Source: a virus
Lineage: Duplodnaviria; Caudoviricetes
Strand: one strand, 5' to 3'
Length of the DNA stretch: 64,000 nucleotides
Virus record (IMG/VR): IMGVR_UViG_3300012983_000001
Span: 32,001 to 96,000 of that record
Below are positions 57,149 through 64,000 of this stretch, in pieces. A program made the position numbers and the translations under genes. Each line of letters starts with the position of its first letter. Within the stretch, counting starts at the first letter, position 1. A model generated the notes under the pieces. It saw only the letters and a list, made by a program, of their open reading frames with translations, had not been told where the DNA came from and did no database searches.

Positions 57149-58354
57149 TTATAACGTTACGTTTTGTTTAGCGTAGACATTGTATACTATACTTGCATCT
57201 TTGATTTCATCTGGAATCACATAAGATGTGGAATCAAACATGAGAACAATCTGATTCAGTCCGTATTTGGTACTTAACTGAATCGAACCATCTATTGCAT
57301 TGTCATGAAACAAAACATATGGTAATGCCGTTCGTACCGTTTTATAGTTCTCATCTTGATATTCAAGAAAGGCTTCGATTTGACAATCTCTTAAGGACTG
57401 TACACGAGCACTTAACTCAGCCATGATTGTAGGGTCAATTGCTATTGTTACTTCTTCAGAGGTTGTGAAGTTTAAATACTGTTTAAGATTAAACCGCATG
57501 GTGCCTGCTAATGTCATAATATTATTTGCCATCGCCAATGCTTTTATTAAGTCTTCTTTGGTGAAGTACTTTGCAAATTCTGTATTGAATGCCTGCTGTG
57601 CTTCTGTAATTTTATCGTCTGTATATTTCTTTGACAAATCATAATGTTCTTGATTGGTCTCTAGGATATACTGTTTAATGGTATCAATTTCTTTAACTAC
57701 TCTTTCGATTTCGGTATTAACCTCATCGACTTTGTCTTCGACCTCTTGACGATAGTCAATAATGTGTTGGTGGACTTCTTCAATGAGCTTTACCATTTTA
57801 CCTTCTAAGGTTTCCAACAATCTCAAGTCAATTGTTTCTTGGGCTCCTGTATATACAAGAATGTCCAGTACTTTTTGATTATCGTGTGAATGAGTTAAAT
57901 CATGTACACGCTCAATCTTACCAGTAAGAGTGCTGAGAATTCCTTCAAGACCAATAACATCGGATATCTCATGCTGATGGTCCAGTGGCTCTCTCTTATC
58001 GGATAATCTAGGGTCATTACCTTCGCAGGCCGTGTTTTCTTGATTACCAAAGTTTACATTGAATGCTGCGTTCTTTGGACTAATCAATGGCTCACCATAT
58101 AAATCTGCAAGAGAAATATTCACTGCGCCTGTACGCATCTTTCCATCAGGTAAGGTAATACTGAGTACACCGATGCCTTCATAAGAGATTTCTTCCTTCA
58201 TGCGTTCAACAGCACGCTTAATAATGAATTCTCTGGATGTAGTAGAAGCAATATTGGCATTCTTAAAGTATTCTTGCACTAAATTTAATAAATAGCGCTC
58301 AACGGTATCCGTGCCTTTTATATATCGGCTATCGGACAGTTCTTCCATTCTCAT
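57149..58354 (-). CDS. Tail-fibre-like protein, paralog of 55575-57140
   Basis: ERYLL, CEGNDPRLSD.R.P..H.H.I.DV.GL, HSHDNQ..LVYTG. Confidence 0.65.
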   Translation of the reverse strand: MRMEELSDSRYIKGTDTVERYLLNLVQEYFKNANIASTTSREFIIKRAVERMKEEISYEGIGVLSITLPDGKMRTGAVNISLADLYGEPLISPKNAAFNVNFGNQENTACEGNDPRLSDKREPLDHQHEISDVIGLEGILSTLTGKIERVHDLTHSHDNQKVLDILVYTGAQETIDLRLLETLEGKMVKLIEEVHQHIIDYRQEVEDKVDEVNTEIERVVKEIDTIKQYILETNQEHYDLSKKYTDDKITEAQQAFNTEFAKYFTKEDLIKALAMANNIMTLAGTMRFNLKQYLNFTTSEEVTIAIDPTIMAELSARVQSLRDCQIEAFLEYQDENYKTVRTALPYVLFHDNAIDGSIQLSTKYGLNQIVLMFDSTSYVIPDEIKDASIVYNVYAKQNVTL

Positions 58355-58746
58355 GGTGTATTACCTCCCTGCTGTGTCATCATATCTTCCATTTCGTCTT
58401 CTAAATTATCATATACTGGACATTGTCTACAGGTTCGAACAATCTCAACATTATCCAGTACTTTCTCACCGAAGTCAGTGGACTGTCTAACTTTTTGTAA
58501 TACATTTTCTGTTTCGCCTAAGCTATTAAGGTAATCGCCATAGTATAACTTATGCATCTGATTGATTTCCATGCCGTTATAGTTAGGCCAATTGGTTTTT
58601 ACGAAAGCCAGACGTCCGTCATTATTCTCGAAATCATAGACCAGATGAACTGTGTCCATTGGTTCTATAATTCGTACCACTTTATCATCTTGGGCTCTAT
58701 CTCTGACAATTATGGTTAGCCCATCATCAGAGCCTATTTCGACACT
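58351..58746 (-). CDS. Probable +1 frameshift extension of 58745-59401 (track ORF 58351-58680)
   Basis: Frame is open back to the CCC-TAG of the upstream gene; no SD before GTG 58680. Confidence 0.6.
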   Translation of the reverse strand, partial: SVEIGSDDGLTIIVRDRAQDDKVVRIIEPMDTVHLVYDFENNDGRLAFVKTNWPNYNGMEINQMHKLYYGDYLNSLGETENVLQKVRQSTDFGEKVLDNVEIVRTCRQCPVYDNLEDEMEDMMTQQGGNTP

Positions 58747-59401
58747 AGGGAAACCTCATTAAGTCTGGGTTTGTCATGCCGTAGTTCTTTTCAACTTGAG
58801 CATCCCAGTACAGAATTGCATATCCGTTTAATACAGGACGTTCGCCTAATGCATTGGCTCTTATTTCAGTAATAATCTTAAAGCCAAATCTGAGGTTTTC
58901 TGTGAGGTGCAGAGGCAACTTTAATGCATTCGGTATAATCGGCCACCGCTCACCTGTGTATGTTTCTAAGTAATATTTTACTTCTGCGCCAACTGGTACT
59001 TCTTCGTTAACAATCAAGAAGAAATCATTTAACTCAATGTCAATACCATGCACGCTATGTACTAGTGTACTAACTGCCGTACCAGAAATAACCTGGTCTT
59101 CCAAAGTCAGCTGGCTCTTATTAAAGTCAATCTTAATATCAGAAGAAGCATTCATGTTAATGTATTCGCCAGTATTGAATCGGTCTAAGAACATGGCATT
59201 GGTATATAAGTTATTTTCAAAGATAGTATAGACACGTTCTTCAAATGCCGTATCTTTTACGGTATTTGTTTCTTGCTGCTGGACGTTTATATCCTGTTGA
59301 ATTTTATTGACGTCTTTGGCATCAATTCTTTCGTTGGACTCATTAACATGTCTTTTGTATTTCGTATACTGTCTTGTCTTATCATAATCGTTTAATGCCA
59401 T
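58745..59401 (-). CDS. Putative virion protein ending in TTT-CCC-TAG
   Basis: 218 aa; RPVLNGYAI paralog motif. Confidence 0.75.
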   Translation of the reverse strand: MALNDYDKTRQYTKYKRHVNESNERIDAKDVNKIQQDINVQQQETNTVKDTAFEERVYTIFENNLYTNAMFLDRFNTGEYINMNASSDIKIDFNKSQLTLEDQVISGTAVSTLVHSVHGIDIELNDFFLIVNEEVPVGAEVKYYLETYTGERWPIIPNALKLPLHLTENLRFGFKIITEIRANALGERPVLNGYAILYWDAQVEKNYGMTNPDLMRFP

Positions 59402-59412
59402 GGTCTCATCTC

Positions 59413-59679
59413 CTATTCTATATTTATCATATCCATCTCTTTCTGATTGCCGTTCGTCATCATGTATTTTACTTTGCCATCTGTAACGAAGAAGTGTTCA
59501 CCTGTGGATTTATTTAACATAGAAGGCCAGAACGTTGGCTTTTCCATGTCTCCGTTAAAATCCCAGTAGACTGTTTCGCCTGACTCTTTTGTATAAAAAC
59601 AATATGTATCGCCCGTCATTGGAGACTCCATAACGTATGCGATTACAACGTTATCTCTTACGATTGGTTTAACTTTCAT
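59413..59679 (-). CDS. DUF6527-like small protein
   Basis: WDFNGDMEKPTFWPSML..HFFVTDGKV. Confidence 0.6.
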   Translation of the reverse strand: MKVKPIVRDNVVIAYVMESPMTGDTYCFYTKESGETVYWDFNGDMEKPTFWPSMLNKSTGEHFFVTDGKVKYMMTNGNQKEMDMINIE

Positions 59680-59690
59680 CTCTTTCTCCT

Positions 59691-60185
59691 TTATATTATC
59701 ACATTATGATATCCATAGGAATAACTTTCTGTAAAAACTGGCTTAATGGATATTTGACAATCTTTCTCTAACATATAATCTTTTGTAATAATATCCTGGT
59801 AGTATTCCATTTCCATTTTATCATTAACCGTATAATTTTGCATTACGGTATCCAGAGTTATTAACTTGCTGAGACGATTATAATTATAACATAAGGAATT
59901 CAAGATAAAGCCATTCAAATATAATCTAAACTGGTGGTCCCTATCAAGATATGCGTCATATGGTAACTCCCATGTGGCATTGTCATTATAGGACAAATCA
60001 ATGCGCTTGATAATTGGATTTGGAACATTAGGGTTCTGGATAGTATCCATGAGTTCAGTTCTGACACCAGAAGAATAGGTATCATCTTTGTACGTTGCAT
60101 ATACTTCGTAAGATAATACGTTCTTAGATGCTAATCGTCTGAACGTAATGGTCTTCTTGAGTAATGCTGGAATTATATATTCCAT
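59691..60185 (-). CDS. Putative virion protein
   Basis: LYLNG..YNY..ITL..DKMEMEY beta-rich domain. Confidence 0.6.
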   Translation of the reverse strand: MEYIIPALLKKTITFRRLASKNVLSYEVYATYKDDTYSSGVRTELMDTIQNPNVPNPIIKRIDLSYNDNATWELPYDAYLDRDHQFRLYLNGFILNSLCYNYNRLSKLITLDTVMQNYTVNDKMEMEYYQDIITKDYMLEKDCQISIKPVFTESYSYGYHNVII

Positions 60186-60195
60186 AAGACACCTC

Positions 60196-61341
60196 CTATG
60201 TTCTTGCTACGAATTGAACTGGTTCTGAAACATTACCGTATACATCGAATAAGTAAATGGTAAAAGCATAGATGTGATTAGGTAGGGCTTCCATTTGGAT
60301 TTTAATCTCATCTTGAGTTGAGGCTTCAGAGAAGATACCTGTTCGTTCTTCTAATGGAATACTATATTTGTTAAGGCTGAGTTTTCTATGGTCTTTGGCA
60401 TTATAGTAAATACCATCGCGACGAATGATTTGATACGTATCCGCATCTAAATCTGTTACAGGAATAATTGCTGTTTCATCCGCAGGGTCTGTTTTTCTTA
60501 AGATAAGCATCTTCTCGATGCTGACTGGAAGCAAACTTTGATATGTAGGCTCACTGAAATCACTATACTGTTCGTCGCATACGTTTTGAAGCTTGTAGGA
60601 TTTCATCTCTCTGTAATTATACTGCTTATTGTTACGTTGCCATGGATTAGGTACTTCTAAGAACATGAAGTTATTGACTGGCACGCTTCTGGTCTGGCAG
60701 AAGACATCGTCACTTGTAAAGATAGGAACGGTTTCAATCATTGGGATACCAAAACGTTGCATTGCTGCTGCGTCTGTAATATCACCAATCTTAATTTCTT
60801 CGTTCCAGTCAACGGATGTAACATATGTCCATTTATCTGTTGACTCTCCTGTGTAATCGTCGCAGGAATATAAATGACGTTTGCCTTCAGATTGGAAGTC
60901 AGAGTCAATCATGACACCGTTTACTTTAGATAAGTGCGTAATCAAGTTATTTGCTTCATCTACACCCAGTACAGAATAATAAAGCATAGTGCCATTGTAT
61001 TTAATTGGCAGTTCTTCAAGGACTACTTGATTTACGTATGTGTAGTTATTTACAGGAACTACGTTAACACTTGACTGATATTCAGATGTAGGAACTAAAT
61101 TCCATGGCGGAGCAATTCTTGTAACGCCCGCTTGTGGGGTAGCCTTGTCTGTATCGTACACAATATAGCAAGGTTTACCATCAACATCCTGCGCTACCGC
61201 AACCGCCTCATCAATGATAACTGCTGGCATAAGTACACGTATTTTTTCAATGGTATTGATGCTATCTGGGTTTTTGGAACTATACACATATAATTTGTAT
61301 GAGTCTGACATTTTAGGTATTGTTAATTTGGCACAGTACAT
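60196..61341 (-). CDS. Putative virion protein
   Basis: 381 aa; C-terminal FN3-like YAFTIYLFDVYGNVSEP. Confidence 0.6.
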   Translation of the reverse strand: MYCAKLTIPKMSDSYKLYVYSSKNPDSINTIEKIRVLMPAVIIDEAVAVAQDVDGKPCYIVYDTDKATPQAGVTRIAPPWNLVPTSEYQSSVNVVPVNNYTYVNQVVLEELPIKYNGTMLYYSVLGVDEANNLITHLSKVNGVMIDSDFQSEGKRHLYSCDDYTGESTDKWTYVTSVDWNEEIKIGDITDAAAMQRFGIPMIETVPIFTSDDVFCQTRSVPVNNFMFLEVPNPWQRNNKQYNYREMKSYKLQNVCDEQYSDFSEPTYQSLLPVSIEKMLILRKTDPADETAIIPVTDLDADTYQIIRRDGIYYNAKDHRKLSLNKYSIPLEERTGIFSEASTQDEIKIQMEALPNHIYAFTIYLFDVYGNVSEPVQFVART

Positions 61342-61363
61342 AGATATCCACCTTTCTAATATA

Positions 61364-61388
61364 ATAGGCTGGATTACCTCCAGCCTAT
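61364..61388 (-). terminator. Intergenic hairpin (weak U tract)
   Basis: ATAGGCTGGA-ggtaa-TCCAGCCTAT. Confidence 0.5.
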
Positions 61389-61411
61389 CGTGTAATCCTT
61401 ATTAAATTATA

Positions 61412-64000
61412 TTATGAAATCTCAATACATTCAAGCAATATTTCTGGAGTTTCGTTAGTTACATTCGTATAAGAGTCTTCAACTACTAAATTATACTGTG
61501 GCATATCTCTCTTCGAATAGCTATCGACGTACTCTATAATCGGATATACGCCAAATCCTAACCATCTCTTTACTTTGGTTTCGATATCACCATGAGTAAA
61601 TCGTCCACCAAATTCTTTAAGCAGACAATTATCTAGTCGTATAATGATTACACCATTTTCTTGATATGGCTCACCATCGTAATAACCGATATCTAAATAA
61701 TAATCTGACTCAGGTTCTAATTGCTTGCGCAGGGAGTCTTTCATTGTTTCGAGCACGCCACCGCCTCGTGTTCTGGAGTCCACCAGGATTGTAGAGTGCA
61801 ACGAAGTATTTTGTCTGATATACACTGAACCGATATAGATATCATGGTCAGCGTCTGGCTGATTGTCATCTATCTTATGATACAGCGTTTCTTTGTTATG
61901 TAGAACAACAGTACCGATATCCTCGTCGTTCTCTAAATCGTAAATCAAACTATCGTTGCTGGCATCTACTTCATATGCAACAGTAGGCTTCATGAAGAAA
62001 TATATAACCTTGTTAAACAGGTTCTTACTTGCTTTTGTTTCAGCAGGAGTATAAGTAGGGTCTGAATAAGTATGATACTGATTTGGGTTCAAGTCTATTC
62101 TAACAAAGTCATTTTTGTTACGCCAATAACCTCTGTAAACATAGCTTTCTTCGATATAAGTATAATTACAGATGATGTTGTCATTTTCGCTTACCGTTTC
62201 TTCTGTGATGATAATACCGTCAGAATATGAAATATCTTTAATGTGTATCTCAAACAACTCATTATCCAGTTTTTTAAACAGGCTTATTGTCGTTTTTGTT
62301 TCGTGGATAAATAACGGAAAGCATTGAGTCTTAACCATGTGTGAGTTCAATATCAATACTTTTTCTTCGGTAACATCAACATATGGCTTGCCATACTCTT
62401 GAGAATAGTGTTGCATGTCGTACTCTGGCATTGTATAACACACTTTGAGATGAGAGCCATACTGGTCAAGTATCTGACTGTAATGTCCGAACTGAATACG
62501 CGGATACCATGATTGTAACAACCCATCTTCTCGTGGAGACTGTACTTTGATATATCTGGAGTCTACACACTTAACCTTAAATCCTGGGTAGATATATCCA
62601 TTCTCAATGTAATATGGATTTTGCATGTAAAGTTTTTTCGTATATGAGCCTTGACGTTCATCCCAGAAGCCAGTGTCAATTGTTGTTTCAGCAGTAATAG
62701 TACCGCTTCCGTCTGCGTTACATCTGATATTGACCGCTCCCCTATTTTCATTTGCAATCTCTGTAATGGTTGCATAGAAGATAAATCCTGTATCTTTGGA
62801 TGTAATTACGGTTTCTGCACGGTTAGCTGCTTGGTCATGCAACACCAAATCAAATGGTGACAAATACACTCCATTAAGCATTGGAGAGATAATCATTGCC
62901 CTGCCATCGAATTGTTTGTATTCCATTGGAACTACATAGTCACGATTTAAGATACTCACCATTCGTGGTGTGGTGGTAAATATCTTACCGTCTTCTTTGC
63001 GTTCCGCTGTAATCGTATAGGAGAAGGTTACGTAGTGACGTGTATCTTCAATACGTCTTGGTTCTGGTAATTTAATTTTGTTTATTCTGGCACGGGTATC
63101 AACAGACTCTAACATGAAATCTCTATCCTTGAGCATAAATGGATAGTTGTAAATTTCTTCAGTTACACCGTTATCCAATGCAACGTTATCTGTTTCAGAA
63201 TCGTTATATGCATTATAGATAACTTTATAGGTATCAGAAGAGCTGGACACATATGATGTAAATAACTCAGCGATATATCTTTTTGGCACTTTCTTGGATG
63301 TCAGCTGGAAGTCATTTGTGATATCCATTATATCTTCGTATTCTGCTACCTTAAGTCTCATGTTATGTTTATAACCTGTCGGGACATCTTTAAATCCAGA
63401 GGTTACAATCTTAACCGTATCGCCTTCGTAAAATCCATTGTCATCTGGACCTCTGTAATCATAAATCGGAAGCTTTAACGGATATTTATAGAAACATGCG
63501 ACGCCGTCTTTAAAGACGTCTGTTAAATAAATATAGTCTGCTTCGACTCGATAGAAGTTCTTAATGGATGTTTCTCCATTCTCGTCAGTAACTTCTGTTG
63601 GTCGTCTTAAGTATCCTTCGTCGTCAGAGAACATAAGGATTTCGTTATTGCCATCTGGATTAACATTGCCAACGCTATTGCCCTTAGTGACAGCGCCTCG
63701 ATAATAAGCAACTCCGTCGTAATCATACCAGACTTTGCGAACGATACCTGTATAATTACAGGTTGCTCTGTATTCAGCAGGAGTTTCTTTAATCGTAGTC
63801 ACAGTCTTTTTTAAGGTACCAGTATACGTAACAGTGATGTTGTATTGATAATTACTATTTACAGCGGCTGCACTTGAAGTAGTATATTTATACTTTACTT
63901 CGAACCATGCATTAGCATTTGCCTCTGAACTTTCTGGAACGATATTTAACTTATCCATAACGATTGCAATATCCTGGTTTTCTTCCATTGCTGCCTTAAG
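61412..64000 (-). CDS. Large putative virion protein, 5'-truncated by the window
   Basis: Frame is open to base 64000; DSRTRGGG..DIGYYDG motif; beta-rich. Confidence 0.75.
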   Translation of the reverse strand, partial: LKAAMEENQDIAIVMDKLNIVPESSEANANAWFEVKYKYTTSSAAAVNSNYQYNITVTYTGTLKKTVTTIKETPAEYRATCNYTGIVRKVWYDYDGVAYYRGAVTKGNSVGNVNPDGNNEILMFSDDEGYLRRPTEVTDENGETSIKNFYRVEADYIYLTDVFKDGVACFYKYPLKLPIYDYRGPDDNGFYEGDTVKIVTSGFKDVPTGYKHNMRLKVAEYEDIMDITNDFQLTSKKVPKRYIAELFTSYVSSSSDTYKVIYNAYNDSETDNVALDNGVTEEIYNYPFMLKDRDFMLESVDTRARINKIKLPEPRRIEDTRHYVTFSYTITAERKEDGKIFTTTPRMVSILNRDYVVPMEYKQFDGRAMIISPMLNGVYLSPFDLVLHDQAANRAETVITSKDTGFIFYATITEIANENRGAVNIRCNADGSGTITAETTIDTGFWDERQGSYTKKLYMQNPYYIENGYIYPGFKVKCVDSRYIKVQSPREDGLLQSWYPRIQFGHYSQILDQYGSHLKVCYTMPEYDMQHYSQEYGKPYVDVTEEKVLILNSHMVKTQCFPLFIHETKTTISLFKKLDNELFEIHIKDISYSDGIIITEETVSENDNIICNYTYIEESYVYRGYWRNKNDFVRIDLNPNQYHTYSDPTYTPAETKASKNLFNKVIYFFMKPTVAYEVDASNDSLIYDLENDEDIGTVVLHNKETLYHKIDDNQPDADHDIYIGSVYIRQNTSLHSTILVDSRTRGGGVLETMKDSLRKQLEPESDYYLDIGYYDGEPYQENGVIIIRLDNCLLKEFGGRFTHGDIETKVKRWLGFGVYPIIEYVDSYSKRDMPQYNLVVEDSYTNVTNETPEILLECIEIS

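Noticed and set aside
267-62860. Many short antisense or alternate-frame ORFs in the track (e.g. 4131-4472, 11280-11681, 56656-57057)
   Set aside because: They are nested in well-supported genes and lack RBSs or motifs; treated as shadow ORFs
1-64000. Stop-codon reassignment (TAG or TGA recoding as in some gut phages)
   Set aside because: Conserved genes are full length in code 11, and TAA, TAG and TGA all end genes at expected positions (e.g. groES and recA with TAG)
1-64000. CRISPR array, tRNAs, DGR/retron, integrase or IS
   Set aside because: Coding density leaves no gap above about 200 bp; no repeat-spacer pattern, cloverleaf, reverse transcriptase, recombinase or transposase motifs seen by eye

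Overview
The window is 64 kb of a large, AT-rich tailed dsDNA phage genome, probably infecting an anaerobic Firmicute (Lachnospiraceae/Clostridia-like). The host inference rests on SpoVG, DUF5688-like and DUF6906-like proteins, class III RNR, sigA-type promoters and strong GGAGG RBSs. Two gene blocks converge at about 31.78 kb. The + strand block (1-31760) encodes replication and recombination functions: DnaE, beta-clamp, DnaX, DnaG, SSB, RecA, a frameshifted UvrD, a rearranged SbcCD, a Hjc-like resolvase, ThyX, GroES and SpoVG. The - strand block (31807-64000) reads virion/baseplate-like genes first, then AEP primase, dUTPase, DnaB, NrdH/NrdD/NrdG, RuvC, a sigma factor, endolysin and holin. 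I found no tRNA, rRNA, CRISPR array, integrase or transposase. Most notable: (1) a set of apparent pseudoenzymes, namely two family-4 UDG-like proteins, a dUTPase-like protein, a Cas4/AddB-like protein and an HNH-less homing-endonuclease remnant, alongside intact dUTPase and ThyX; (2) a tripartite Mre11-Rad50 with SbcD fused to the N-half of SbcC; (3) a probable CCC-UAG +1 programmed frameshift in a virion gene; (4) a 17-bp dyad operator shared by two promoters, one driving an unlisted Ogr-like zinc finger; (5) a long intergenic stem-loop; (6) a gp49/66-family candidate anti-CBASS sponge. All family calls come from reading motifs by eye, not from database searches.
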